64,000 nucleotides of DNA, from assembly GCA_013265495.1 (NCBI GenBank), contig MU058384.1, positions 1,861,690 through 1,925,689 of the forward strand. Direction: 5' to 3'. Positions 44,079 to 58,229 of this stretch are shown here, in pieces (the first letter of the stretch is position 1; every line of letters begins with the position of its first letter). The notes beneath the pieces were generated by a model. It was given only the letters and a program-made list of their open reading frames with translations, did no database searches and was not told where the DNA came from. The position numbers were made by a program, and so were the translations under genes. Origin of the DNA: Vicugna vicugna. Lineage: Eukaryota.

Positions 44079-45968
44079 TTCTCTCATCTCTTTTTGTATT
44101 ATTCTCATGCAAAATATTTATACGCTTATGCAAAAAAATTATCTCTTTCTTGCATTTGGGACTGCAGTAGACTGATGCTCTTTGAACCAGAAACGGGTTC
44201 AGAACACAAGTATGTAGGCCAAATAATGTTGGTTAAAAATAAGTAAATCAATGGTGGTTCAATGGATTAAATGACAGAATAGCAGTTGAGTTAGACTGCA
44301 TGGTTATGCAGAGCACACAGACACACAGATGGCCACAGAAAGCCCTAAGCAGAAAGGGAAACTATCACAGCAGTAGACTGCTCACCTCTTCCAGCTGCTT
44401 CTCCTACACAACTCAGCCCATCGCCTTGCAACTTCCTCATGTGGGGAGGCAGCCTATTCATGGCTTCCTGAAAGGAAAGGGTTGGAAGTGGGAAAGGGAT
44501 CGGGGGGGGGGGTAGGGGGAATGAGGGCCCTCGGGATGCTCTGGTCCCCTGCCTCTTGAGCAACAGAGGTCTCGAGATAGCATATTTACCAGGCCCTGCC
44601 AACTTTTCTGTTGCCTCTCTGTTGTCTACCATTCTCTCCAGGGGGTTCCTCACCACCTCTTGCTGTCACTGCCCCAGTCTACAGTCTCTAAGTTTCTGTT
44701 CCTTCCTTCCAACCTTCTCCTTTGCAGCAGGAAATTACACTCAGCCCTCATCTCAATCACAGCTAAGTAAAAGCTATTATTTTTCTAAAACAGAAATCCA
44801 CACAGTGTTTCAATGTGAGTGATGAGGCTAAAAACCAACACATTTTCTGCTTTGATGAATTCTCTACAGCCAGAAGTAACAAAGCAAAGGACAAATGGGT
44901 CCCTACTCAAAATGACTTGAAAAATAGGTGAGGATACAAGACGCAAAAGCTAGAAATACCTGGGGTTGTCTACATGCGTATTACATTATCATTGCTTGAC
45001 AAGAACCTCTAATAATGCCTACAGCATGAATTACTCTATTTGAGTAAAGAGAGACTGCAACAAAGAAATAGGAAGGAAGAGAGGGAGGCAGGGGAGAGGG
45101 AGAGAGGAAGGAGGGAGGGGAAAAAAAAAGATCTAACCCAACCCTACTTTAAAAGTTGACCTTAAGTAGAAAAATGGATAAAAGCAATATTCTCTACGAC
45201 TCATTCATTGTCACATGTGGCTGTCTGTTAAGGCACGCAGAGCGCTTGTAGGCAGCAACCATATGTTATAAGAATTGTAAACTGCATAAAATTTGTTTGA
45301 AGTAGACACTGAGGGTAATAAAATACTAGTCAGGGAAAAAAAATCAGGAAAAAAACATATTGTTATTTGAGAGCCCATGTATTTTTAAAGGCTTAAGATA
45401 TTATAACTACAAGGTATCCAGCCAAATTCAACATTAACTGGAAATCTTAGAGATTTAAACATTCATGTAATTCAGAGCCAAATATGCACCAGAACAATCC
45501 AAGAGGGTCTCCTTTCCCATTATTTATAGAGGCTGAACTTCCAAGAATGGAGTAAGATTAGATAATCATGGTAGAGTCTCAGTCTGAATGTTTAGCAAGA
45601 GAAATGGGCCTGAGAGGAGCCAAATCCAGTATATTAAATACTCTAATACCCAGAGTTCATTTTTTTTTCATCCAGAAACCTTTCATAGCAACACATTACT
45701 CACTATGGTATGTATCTGGGGCAGAGTTTCTGCTACAGTAACTTGTCTGAAATTTGCAAGGCTTATACTGGCTTTGGAAGAATTATTTTAATATTCAAAG
45801 AATGTTTTATTATAATCCTTTATGTTAGAAGTTGGCCTTACTAATTATAACAATAAGTCATGAGACCTGAAAGAATAAGAAATTTCTATTCTTCATCAAG
45901 TTCATGTAACTGTTTCTAGAGATGCCAAGTCTACTTTCCAGAAACACTGGGGTGGTGGTTGTTTTCTA

Positions 45969-46001
45969 AATAAAATAACTATAATTTATGTATTTATTAA
46001 A
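45969..46001 (+). terminator. Polyadenylation signals AATAAA (45969-45974) and ATTAAA (45996-46001)
   Basis: Two hexamers with TGTA between them, followed by a T/GT-rich downstream element at ~46033-46087. Confidence 0.6.
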
Positions 46002-47599
46002 CAGGCACTTCTCTTCCCAAATGCTCTAGTAGTGGTTTGATTTTTTAAATTTTCATTTATATTTTAACTTTTGTTACTTCTATGTTTCAGCAATACCTAA
46101 CGAAGATTATGGTTATATTCTCTTGGTTGCAATTTTGGTCTCTGTGTAGAATGTACATGGAGTGAACACTTTGAAAATCTTTGTGTGTGAGTGTGTGGAG
46201 TGTGTGTGTGAGTGTGTATACGGGTGCGCTCAGTGAAAGGAAGAGAGGGAAGGCGGAAGGGAAAGAGAGAACATGGCATGCAGACCTCACAAGGGAGCAG
46301 AACCCAGACTCCTCCGCCTGGCCGTCCACTGCTACAGACCTACCACACGTCAGGGCCGTCTCCCCTGAGACCAGGCTTCCATAGGTTACTCTGCCATGTG
46401 TCCTCTCAGAAATGCTCTGAGGAGTAAGGGAGGGAGTACAGAAGATATCAGCTCATTTTCCTTCCTCTACTTGGTTCCACTAACTGCTTCTAGAATTTTC
46501 TCTCACAAGACCAGAAGAGGCCCACTCTTCTGGCCTTTTGCTTATTGCCTTTTCCCAACCCATCATGATTCGGAAGGGGCTTCTTGAACAGCGTTTCCTC
46601 TATGCTTGGGGAAGAGGATTTCTTAGCTAGAATTGGAAAAAAAATTAAACCCTGTCTTTTTTGTATAGTAGAGTCACATTTTTTAAATAGCTCTTTTTTT
46701 TGAGATAATAAAAGTGTTACATGTTTGTTGCAAAACTGAGGCTGCTTTTCTATAAGACTAAGAGATCATTAGGAGAAATCATTTCAGGAAAATTTCCTCA
46801 GCCCTGTCTCTAATCGCTAGTTAAATCCAGTATTTAGGAAAAATAAAAGGAATTAAAATGTAAATAATTTGCTAAAAGAAGATATGAAATAAAAATGATG
46901 ACTCTGGCCTCTATAATTTGTTCCCATCATAAACTGGCAAGGAGGATTTAGGAGTAAGTAGGCCAGTAGGGTATATAGGTTAAATTTTCACAAGGTTTAA
47001 ATAATTTCCACTTCTGAACCTGAAAACTAAAGTTATCATTAGATCAACCGTAAGAGCACTCAGTGAGAACAGAAACAGTCATAAATGTAGTAGTAAAGGT
47101 TTTTCTCGACACTTAAGTTTTATCCTCAGTACCTGAAGTTGTCTCCTTGCTGGTTTCCTGATAGAAGCTCTACAAATGCTAGTTACTGATGCATATGTGT
47201 GTGACTGCGTGTGCACACCTACACACACAAGCACACAAACACACAGGTATAACATCTGACACAGATTTAATTCTGTTCCTATAGGTGACTCTTCACACTA
47301 GTATTTTCAAAGGGTACTTAGTATTACCTTTCCTGTCAAGGACAAAGTACAAAAAAGGAATCATTTCCTGTGTGAATAAGGATAATTGATAGACATATTT
47401 AACTAACGAAAGAAACCTACAGATTCATTAAACCATGACTTAAACACTATTCACAGAAACAGTTTCATTCTATCAGGAGATAAGGAAAGAAAAAAAATCA
47501 CTTCAGCAGCACAATCAAGCTTGGCAAAATCCAAACACAAGTCCTTCCTGCTGGATTTTAGTAGAAAACTTGGTGTTAATACCAACTTCGATCCCATTT

Positions 47600-47650
47600 T
47601 ATTTATTCATTCATTCATTCATTCATTCATTCATTTATTTATTCATTCAT
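47600..47650. repeat. (ATTC)n microsatellite
   Basis: ATTCATTCATTC... tandem, probably derived from an L2 tail. Confidence 0.85.
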
Positions 47651-49289
47651 TTGCAAAATATACAAATATTTTATTACATCTTAAAATTTTATTATACTCC
47701 TTTTTAACACCAAATTAATTTTTTATTAAATCCCCTTTTTTTAATTTAAAAAATTTTACATTTTTAAAGGTTACTTTCTATTTACAGTTATTACAAAATA
47801 TTGGCTATATTTTATATTTTAACTTTGGATTATTAAAGTGACATATCATAATGTTCAATTACCTCATGTCATAATTAGAGCATACCTAAGTGTAAAACTC
47901 ATTATTTCAGAACTGACAGTCAGTGGATGACATCTTATATCAAATAACATAGACCACCATAAGAAGCAAAGAAGCAAAGCAGATGCATGTTAAGAGAGGA
48001 GAAAAGGAAGAGGGAGAGAGAAAAGCTATTCTATAAAAGAAAAAATAAAAAGAGGGGGAAGGAAGTGGCACATAAATTGGTGGACACTTTTATGAAAACA
48101 AGTGATAATAAAAGTCAAGAATCATAATGGTATTAACACTCCTCCACACTTTCACTTCAACTTGGGGAATTTTTACAAACATGTTGTCTTACTGTCTTTC
48201 CACTTGTCTTTCTTTTAAAATAATAAGTGTGTTCTTTTTAATATTAAAATAATAAAATAACATTCTAGAACATTTAGAAAATAGAGAAAAGAAAATTTAC
48301 CCACAATTCCATCACCCTAACAACCACTGTCAGCATTCACTATATCACAGTGTATTTTAAATTATCTTTTTTATTTAACATTGTGTTAGTTTGCCTCTGG
48401 GGGAGGGCACAGTTCAAGTGAGAGTAATAGCTATTACTAGCCACCAGGTTTGTGTGTTCACACTGTGTATTCAAGTTGTATTTGCTTCCATGGAAGCATA
48501 TTATTGTATTCATAGAATAAGCATGACTATGCAAATACAAATACATAGCACACATATGCGTTGTCTGAAAAACTTACACCATGCAATGCACTTAAAAGTT
48601 CCACCGCACACAGGTTTCCAAGCAAATCTACTAAACATGGGCTAGAGTGAGACACCTAAACTGAACACAGCTCAAAAAAAAAATCAAAAATCAATTCTAG
48701 AGAAATACAAATGCTTTACAGAACAAAACAAGAGAAAAAGTCGAACTCCAGTTTATGAAGTGACAAGAAACATATAATACCATAAATCATCGCATTGGCT
48801 AAATAAAGGGCAACGTTCTAAAACAAATCTAATCTCTTCAAAGTTAATGAGATGGTTAGTGATTTTGTTGCTCTAATGAAATGATGGTGACCAGCATTAG
48901 CTGTATCATACCTATTAAGTAGGGCAAGGCTATAAACCATTGTGAACCTGGGATTTCTCTAATATCTACCACGCAGATGCAACCAGCCATGGACAGTATT
49001 CAGGGATCCGATACACTAAGAAAGTCAGAGTTCAAATTTATAGAAATAGTTCAACAGGGATACCTTTCATCACATCTAAACATGTTAGATTAGAGGACAA
49101 GCAGCGTGATAGCACAGGCAAGATTTATTAGAATGTAGCGAATGCTCCATCCAAACCAGTGTAATTCCTCAGACTATTGTAAGACAGTCTATAACATGTA
49201 GGACTTGTCTTAGCATTCTTATCAAGGAGTTACTCCCTGCAATAAAATCACTCAAGCCCAACCAAAGTGAAAAGTATAGGACAGCATTA

Positions 49290-49430
49290 GTCCAGGAATT
49301 AGGCTGCTGAGTCCCTTGTCCCTGCTCTACTGCCAACTCCTCGGTGACTATGAAGAAATCACTTAACATCTCTGGGCCTCAGTTTACTCATCTATAAAAT
49401 GAGAGCCTCGGACTAGCTGTCTGAAGGTTT
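49290..49430 (+). mobile_element. MIR SINE fragment
   Basis: TCACTTAACATCTCTGGGCCTCAGTTTACTCATCTATAAAATGAG core. Confidence 0.75.
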
Positions 49431-51139
49431 GGGCATCTCTGATTAAATTCTCAAAAGACTCAAGTAAGCTATGTGGGTTTTCCACTCTCCAGGGAGGGTT
49501 TTATTCTAAGAGATCTGCACATCACCTTGCGCATGTCTATCAGAAGCTAGATAAGGGGAAAGGGACAAGAAGTTACTCTAATAAAAAATTGTTTTTAATT
49601 TTAAAAGTTAAACGAAGAAAGGATTAAGTGCTAAATCACAAACTCTTTGATTTTTTTTTTCAATAAACATTGAAGTCTTTCTGTGTGCGAGGTTCTGCAG
49701 TAGCCCCTGGGATGGCAGTGGCTACAAGGCTAAACCAAGGATTTCAAGACCACCCAGCCATTGACTTTGTCTGCTCAGGGTCAGAGCACCTGGTCATCTG
49801 ACTCGGACCTGAGGATTCCTCCCACTACTTGCCCCACAAACTTCAGCAGCCAAACAGCAGGAAAGAGAACTCTAGGAGCATTTTTATTGCAAATGCTACC
49901 CAGATCTCCAGGTGGAAAAGTGTGTGTTCCTGCTAGAGAAGGAGGGTTAAATGAAACGTGTGTGTGGTTGTATATGTGTGTGAATGTATATGCGTGTGAG
50001 TGCATACTTGTGTGTGAGTGCATATTTGTGTGTGAGGCATGTATGAGGATCTGTGTGTAATATGTGTCAGTGTATATGTGGAATTTTGTGCAGGTGTGTT
50101 GTGTGTATGCAGTTCTATGTGATGTTTATAATTGTATACGACTATACCAATGCAAAATAAGTAGACATGAGCCTACGTGAGTGTGTAGTTCTGCATGAAT
50201 TTATGGCATGTGCATGATGGGGCTAGGACTTGAAAAGCTGAAATACTCTAGATGTGGTTTTAGCATATGGCTGGCTTATTTTTCATAGGATCATGTCTTG
50301 TTGCAGACTTTTGCCTGCACAGCTAATTCTTTTTTGCTTGCAGTGTCACAGGGCTCATTCTTTTTTGGCTGACAACCTGCTTTCTGAATAAACAGGCAGG
50401 TGGGTAAGGCTGCAAGCGGTCATGGCAGCTATTCGTGAAATACTTGCACACACCGCCAGCCCAATGTGACAACCACCACTGGCTCACAACTCCCATCCTC
50501 AAGCAAGGCTGTGGATACAAATAGAGAATTTCTCAGTGCTCCCCTTCACACAGCCCAGCCACAGCTTGAGCAAAGAATACTGGTAGTGGCAGCAAAAAAA
50601 GGCTAATTTTATTCTGGTCTTTCTAAGTGCAAAAGGAGTTTCTACATGGTCAGTTTCCAACAAAGGTGGCATCCTTGGAGGCAGAGTTATAACCTCCCTT
50701 ATCTCTGCTGAACTATCATCCAGCTGAAACCAACCCCTTGAATATCAAGAATGTTTCTCTGAACTAAAAGCCAGAGAGAAAGTGCCCAATCCATTTATGC
50801 TTTAATCAGTGAGTCAGAAGGTAGCAAGCCAGAGTTGATTGCAGATGCTACCAGCCAATCAGTCATGCTCATGACTCATCCTTTGCGCAGAGAGATTTTT
50901 TGCTATGATACAATTCATCTTCCAAAAATATCTAGTATTGACGAGCTGTGCTGTCATAGCTGGACCATCTGGCTGCTTCCTTGTCCATTATTAGAAAACT
51001 GAAGTCCTCCAATTCAGTCTGGTTGTAATTTAAAGCAATGCCCAAAGGAAGAAGAGAGAGCTTTTTACAACAAATTAATTGCCTGCCAAACAAGTTAACT
51101 AGTGATCTTCAAAAATTACAGGGAACAAAGCAAGCAGCC

Positions 51140-51670
51140 ATAAATAAAATTAAAAGACAAGAACAGAATGGGAAAAGATAGTCACAATAAATACAACAAA
51201 GCATTAATGTCCAGAATACAAACAGAAATCAAAGCAATAAGAAAAGACAACTCAGAAGACAGTGGGAGAGGCACTGGGAGCACCCCACCCAGGTAAGGGC
51301 GACGAGGGGCAAGATGTTGTCTATAGAGAATTTTAAAACAGTAATAAAACCAACTACAAGCCAGTCTTCTTTTTATCACCATCAGGGACAGCAGTCCTGA
51401 ACGGCATCAATAGTAAAGTTGCCCTCCCTGCCAGAGATGATCACTCTCGCTGTGTGCCCCAGCCCCTATCTGTAAACCACCGGCATGGGATAGGATAGCA
51501 GTTCACGGAAGAGAAAATGCAAATGACTGAAACGCGTCAGGCCAGTAAAAAGTAAAACAAAGAGTTACTATCGCTTTCGCCCATTGGACTGACAAAAATG
51601 TAAATACTGATAATATCAAGTATTAGCAAGGACGAAGCAAATGGGTACACTCATCACCTGTTGGTACAGT
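51140..51670 (+). mobile_element. Old L1 ORF2 3' remnant, sense orientation, interrupted
   Basis: A-rich GAATGGGAAAAGATA..CAAAGCATTAATGTCCAGAATA; GCAGTTCACGGAAGAGAAAATGCAAATG; CTGATAATATCAAGTATTAGCAAGGA. Confidence 0.55.
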
Positions 51671-51929
51671 ACTGGGTGTCTGTCTTTTTCTTGTCCATTT
51701 GTAGGAGTTCTTTTCAACGGTAATTCAACAGTATGCATTTTTTGCCTAACATGTCAAAATAAAAATTAGCAAAGACTGGACACACGGCTCTTGCCTGCTC
51801 ACATCCTTTTCATGGAGGAAGCACTATGCCCTGGATGCATAGAGTCTGGATGAGGCTGTCATGTACAATGATAATCACTGAACTTAAACCAAAATGTTTT
51901 AAAAGCCTCATTTCTCGACTTATCTTGAA

Positions 51930-54900
51930 AAACCTCTTTATTGCAAAAATGATGAATTAGTACAATGTGAATTCCTTCATGTAACTCACCAGCCAGGTCA
52001 AGAAATTGAACATCACCAAGCATCTTAGAAGTTCTCCCACTCCCCTTCCAGTCGCCACCTGCCCCCTACCACCCCGCCTCTCCAGAGGGAACCACCTTCC
52101 TGATGTGTAACAACATGGATCTGTTTAGCTTCTGAGTGTGTATGTGTGCTGTTGATGGTGGTGGTGGTGGTGCTGGTTTTTTTACTTTATAAAAGTATTC
52201 TTTTGTGTCTGGCTTCTTTTGCTCAAAACTATACGTGTGAGATTCATCCACGTTAAGCCTCCGTGGCTTGTAGGAGTCGTTGGTTCATTTTCATTGTCAT
52301 ATGGTAATCTGTTGTATGACTATACCACAATTGCTTTATCCAGTCTAATGCTGACTGGCATTTACATTGTTTCCAGTTACTGTCTAACACAAATGACGTT
52401 GTTATGACATTTCCAAAGTATACACTTAGGAGAGGAATTGTTGGATTGTATGGCACGTGTCTATTCAGCTAGAGGAGATACTACCAAATTGTTTTCCGAA
52501 GAGATTGTAACAATGGCTTCAACACCCAGTGTGTGAGAGCTGCAGCTGCTCCATGACCTCCTCTGGTATCATCAGGCGTTTTAATTTTAGCCATTTGAGT
52601 GTGCGTAGTAGTATCTAATTGTCATTTTAATTTGCCTTTCTCAGATAACCAATGAGGTTGAGCATCTTTTCTTATACTTACTGACCAAGTGGATGGATAT
52701 CCTCTTTTTTGACATGCACGTTCATGATTTTTCACTTTTTTTCCTATTGGGTCATCTGTCTTCTTCATTTGTAATGTTCTTTATATTTCTGGAAAGAAGT
52801 GCTTTATTAATAAACGTAATTGCAAATCAGTTCTCCTATTCTGTGGCTTAAAAAGTCACAGATCTCTTACTATTTTGATAAACAGAATTTCTTGATTTTA
52901 ATGTTGTTCAACTTATCAGTCTTTTACCATTTGACAAATTCATGTGTGTCCTGTTTAAGAAATCTTTGTCAATCCTCAAATAATGAAGATGCTCTCTCAT
53001 GTTATCTTCTAGAAGCTCCGTTGTTTACCTTTTACATTTACATCTACAACTGACTCAGAATTAATTTCTGAAAAGAAAGTGACATGGGGGTCAGATTAAT
53101 TTTTTCCTATGTAGGTGGGCCATTCATGAAGCATCACTTATTTAAGTAAAATATTTTTCTCCATTGCTTTGGCAAATTAAATGTCATATGCAAATGGATC
53201 TTTCTCTAGACTCTCGCTTCTGTTTCACTGATTAATTTGCTCATCCTTGCACCAACACCACATTGTTTTAATTACTATAGCTTTAGAATAAGTCTTTATA
53301 ATTGATAATCTAGATCTTTCTACTTTGTTCTTCAAGACAGTACTGGTTATTTTAGCCTTTTTATTTACATGTGTAATTTAGAATCAGCTTATCAGTTTAT
53401 ACACACACACTGATTTTTTTTCATAGGAATTAGATTTAATCTATAAATCAATTTGGGGAGAGCTTACATTTTTATAATACTGAGTTTTCCAATCCATGAA
53501 TCTGATAGATAGCTTCACTTATTTAGGTTTTCTTTAAATATTTTTCAATAACATTTTACTATTTTCCAGATGTCTGCTCATTTCTCATCAGGTTTAATTA
53601 TAGGTGTTGGGTGTTTTGTGATGATATTGAAAATGACATAGTTAAATTTTATTTTCTAATCGTTGATTTTACATAGAAATATAATTTTTTTTTACATATT
53701 GACCTTGTAGCTAGCAACCTTATCAAATTCACTAGCTAATTCTAATAGGCTATTTTTAGATGCTTTTGGATTTTCCGAGCACACAATAATGTGATGTACA
53801 AAGAATGGCACTTATTTCTTCCTGTCCACTCGTTACACCTTTTATTCATTTTTCTTGAGTTATTGTACTGGTAAGGAACTTGGATAGAATTTGAATATGT
53901 CTGGTGACAGTGGTCTTCTTTCTTTAGTTCCTGATCTCAAGGGAACACTTACAATACTTCACTATTAAATAGGATGCTTGATATATGACTTTTGTAGACA
54001 TTTTCTATCAGATTAAGTATGAACCCTTCTATTTCAGGTTTGCTATGAGTATTTATTGTAAATAGAAATTTTATCAAATGCATTTTCTGTACATATTCAG
54101 ACAATCATGATTTCTTCTTGCTTCTGTTAATGTGATAGAATATATTGATTGATTTTCAAATGTTAGGCTAACTTCACATTTTTGTAATAAATTGAACTTG
54201 GTCATGAAGGAATATCCTTTTTACATGACTAGATTTGGCTTGCCAATATGTTTAGGATGTTTGCATCCATGTTCATAAGAGGGATTGCCTTAATATTCTC
54301 TTCTTGTCCTTATGCGTTGGGAAGTGTTCTCTATTTTTCTATTCTTTGGGAGAGTTTGTATATGTTAAGTGTTTTTATCTCCTTAAATATTTGAAAGAAT
54401 TCCTGGGTTAAGTTATCTGGTTCTGGAGTTTTTTGTGGAAAAGATTTGAATTATGGATTTAATATTCTTTAGAAAATTTTCCCATTTTTATATCAGTTAT
54501 TTTTTAAGAAATTAATCCACTGCACCTGCATTTTCAAATGTATTGGCACAAATTGTTCATGATGTCTTCTTCAATTTTTAAAAAATTTTGTAGTATCTGT
54601 AGTATTTCTCACTTGTGATACTGGTAATTTATGCCTTCTCTCTATGTCTCTTACTAGTCTTATTAGAGGGTTATAATGTTATAAACCTATAAACAGTTAT
54701 AATGTTTACAGAACCAACTACTTGCTTTGTGTTTTATCTATTTTATCTTCTTTATTGTACATTTTGGTTTGTTTTATTAGTTTGTGCTAATTTCTTCATG
54801 TTTAATTTGTTGTTATTTTTCTGACTTTTTGAGATAGATGTTTAGATCATTGGCTTTCTTCCTTTCTTCTTTTCTAACATATGAATTAAAGACTACCTAA

Positions 54901-56890
54901 GAATGTCTTTAACTGCATTTCACAAGTTTTGGTCTACTGTATTGATTATCATTCAATTCAATATATTTTCTAATTTTCACCACTTTTTCTTTGACATATG
55001 TTTAAAAGTATATTAAGTCATTTCTAAACAGAAAGTTTTCTATTTATCTTTTAACTTTTTCAATTAGTGGCTTAATACTGCTATGGTCAGAAACCGTATT
55101 CTGTATAATTGAATTCACTTGAAATCTCTTAAAACTTCTTTAAGTCCAGCATATGGTCAATTTGGGCAAATGTTCCATGTATAGTTGTTGAGTGCAAAGT
55201 TGTATATATTCTGAATACGTTAGTTAGTTCAGTTTTATTAATCATGTTGTTCAAATCTTCTTTATCATGACTAATTTATTTTTGGTCACTGGTTCCATTA
55301 GTTACTAAGAGAGGTGTGTTAAAAATCGACTATAATTGCAGATTTTTATATCTCTCCATTTTATTCTGTCAAGCATTGCCTTATACATCGTTAGGTATAT
55401 GCACATTTACAACTGTGATATTCTTATGTTGGAATGACTGTTTTATTAGTATGAAATGTCCTTTTAATCTTTAACAACACTCGTTGCCTTAAAGTCTACT
55501 TTATCTAAGTATAGGTAAATGAGCTCTCCTTTGGTTAACATTTACATGCTATGTCATTTTTCCATTCTTTCCATTCCATGTCAACTTTACTGTATTCTTA
55601 TAATTTGCAACATGCACTTGTATACAATACAGAGTTGGGTTTTGTTTTGGTGTTGTTTTTTATTTTGTTTTATCCAGTCTGACAATTTTTCTCTTTTAAT
55701 TGGAATTGTTAATTTATTTACATACAATGTTATAACTGACATACATAAATTCAAACTCACCATCTTGCTATGTGTTTTAAAAGTGTTCCTTCTGCTTTAT
55801 CTTTCTTTTTTCCCCTTTTCGTGTCTTCCTTTAGACTATACATTTTTCTTATTATCTCATTCCCCCCCCCTTACCTTGCTATTTTAAATTATACAAGCTT
55901 GCATTACATATTTAGTGGTTACCATAGAGATTTCAACATTCATCTTTGACTATTAAAGTCAAACAAATAGTATTTAAATTAACCATTTTCTGGCTAAAGT
56001 AAGGCCTTAGTCCATTTAACTCTATCCAATCCCTTTCTGCCTTCCACTGATTCAAGTTTCATTTTATGATCCCTCTCCAACTATATCTAACCCATTGCAA
56101 AACAAATCCATTAAATTCTTAATTTTAGGTATTAATTTTCAAGTTTAGGATATTCCATCTGATTTCTTTCAGTTTCCAGTGCAATTTCTATCTCATCATT
56201 TAAGTTCTTGAACATACTAATCACAATTATTTTAACTTTCATGACTGATAATTGCAATATTCAAATCTCTTGAGTGCTTTTCCCCTTCAGTGTTCAGTAA
56301 TTTTGCCTTGAGATATACAAGATGGTTTTTGTTTGAATGCAGGGCATTTTCTAGTAAAAATTTTTGAGATAATTTAAAGCTCTAGATAGTGTTATCTCCC
56401 TGAAGGAAGTTTATTTTTGCTTCCAACAGACAGTTAACCTGGAGCAGACTACCTCACCCAATCATATATTGAAGAGAGTTGAGGCTGGGCTTCTGACTTT
56501 TTAAAGAGTCTTCTGTTTCCTGTTGTGTAGTAATTTGAGGGTCTCAACCCAAAGCCTGAGTGTTTACCAAGGCCCTAAATCACTGGCTATCTCTAAACAC
56601 CAATTTTTGTTTCTTGATGCCCACTAAAACTACAGGAAGCTTTGCTTAGCTTCTCAGCCTCTCAGCTATAGCTTGGATACTTGCAAGTGCCCTGAGGGAG
56701 AACACCAGTCTGAAATGTCACTTCATTTCTCTGCTTTCTTCCTTTTCTTGAGGACCTTGTCCCTTCAAATTTTTGCTGCCTGAGTGGCATTCCAACACCT
56801 TCAAACAGTACTTTCTCCAAATTTTCCAGTTGTTCTTAGAGGAAGGGTTAACCCACAACAAGTGATTCCACCCTCACCAGAAGCAAAATT
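51930..56890 (-). mobile_element. Long, ancient L1M-type element (~5 kb, degraded)
   Basis: Continuous T-rich antisense L1 motifs (PYNPTIPLL at 52253-52456 on -, TTTTATCAAATGCATTTTCTG, TATGGTCAGAA); many stops and indels. Confidence 0.8.
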
Positions 56891-57490
56891 CCCACCCAGC
56901 TTGTCTTTTGAGTATCAGCTTCATCATCTGGAGATTCTGGAAACGCATCACATTTCTTCTGAGCTCGGAAATTAAATGACTCTCTATGACGTTCCTTAGC
57001 GTTTCCGTTTCTTTAAAGAACCAACTATCAGGGATCTGTTTTGTTGTTTCAGTTAATATTTTGACCTTTATTATCCACCATAATAAAAATATTAAAGATC
57101 AAGCATGGTTGAAACCAGACAGAATACCCCATGTGCCAAAGAGTCTGAGGCCACAACTGGTCCAGCAGGAAAGTGTGCTACAGTAAATTAATGGTACCTG
57201 CCCTAGAGAGGAGTGGTGGCAGCATGCATGCCAAGCACTTGTCAGACACAAAGGAGATGACCCACAAGTGGATTGTCCTTCTGAGATGTTGCTTTGTAGC
57301 CACTTACATTTTAAAGAGACATAGTTCCTGTCTATCTCTTCGAGGTGGACAAGGATTTGCTACCATGGCAGACATTCATCCTATAAACTAGGAGACTAGC
57401 AGAAACCAAATTCCCACGGCTCGTGGTTTCCCATCACTTTGTAGAAGGGTTTAAGTTTGAATTAGATAGAAGGAGGGGCACGTTGTTGGT

Positions 57491-57848
57491 TGTCTTCATC
57501 CATTTAGGATGCCACATCAAAATATCTCAGACTAAGTGGCTTCTAAACAATATAAATGCATTTCTCACAGTTCTGGGGGCTGGAAGGTCCAAGATCCAGG
57601 TGCTGGCAAGCTGAGCTTCTGGTGAGAGCCCATTTCCAGGTTCACAGATGCCTTCTTTTCACTGCGTCCTCATATGGTGGGAGGGGTGAGAAAGCTGTCT
57701 GGAGCCTCTTTTACAAGGGCATTAATCTCATTCACGAGGCTCCGCCCTTATGATCTAATCGCCTCTCAAGGGCCCCACCTTTTAATACCATCACATTGGG
57801 GATTAGATTTCAACATAGGAATCTGAGGGGAATACAAACATTGTAACA
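57491..57848 (-). mobile_element. MLT1A-like MaLR solo LTR with 5-bp TSD
   Basis: TG...CA termini; TTTCTCACAGTTCTGGGGGCTGGAAGGTCCAAGATC core; TTGGT at 57486-57490 and 57849-57853. Confidence 0.88.
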
Positions 57849-58229
57849 TTGGTTGAGACTCAGCTGTCAGAAATGGAGGGTGATCACGGTGACCATATTT
57901 TCTATACCCCAAGTAGAGGGGAGGCACCGCCTGACAACGGCTAATGCTCTTACATTAGCAATAAGACAGAATGTTAGAAATCAGGACTGACCAGGAGAAG
58001 CCAGTGCATAGCTATAAAAAACATAATTCTGTCACTGGTTCAAATATTCTTGATTTTCACTAACTTGGTTTCAAGATGCGGCTTCAGAAAGTTGGCCATT
58101 TTGGTGAGGTTTTCCAGATCAGAGTTGGAGTCTGGTCTCAGCCTCCAAGCTGCTCCCGGACCTGTCTGCCAGGAAGCAGATAATAGACGCCTAACCTGCT
58201 TATTTTAGACAGTGGCTTCGCTTCCTGCC

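Larger units (their letters stand above)
43476..46020 (+). other. TXLNB: TXLNB 3' UTR (end approximate)
   Basis: Follows the stop codon; few interspersed repeats recognised; ends at the AATAAA/ATTAAA pair with a downstream T/GT-rich tract. Confidence 0.6.

Noticed and set aside
43813..44133. 106-aa minus-strand ORF
   Set aside because: Translation of the TA/TG microsatellite (Y/I/H/T repeats)
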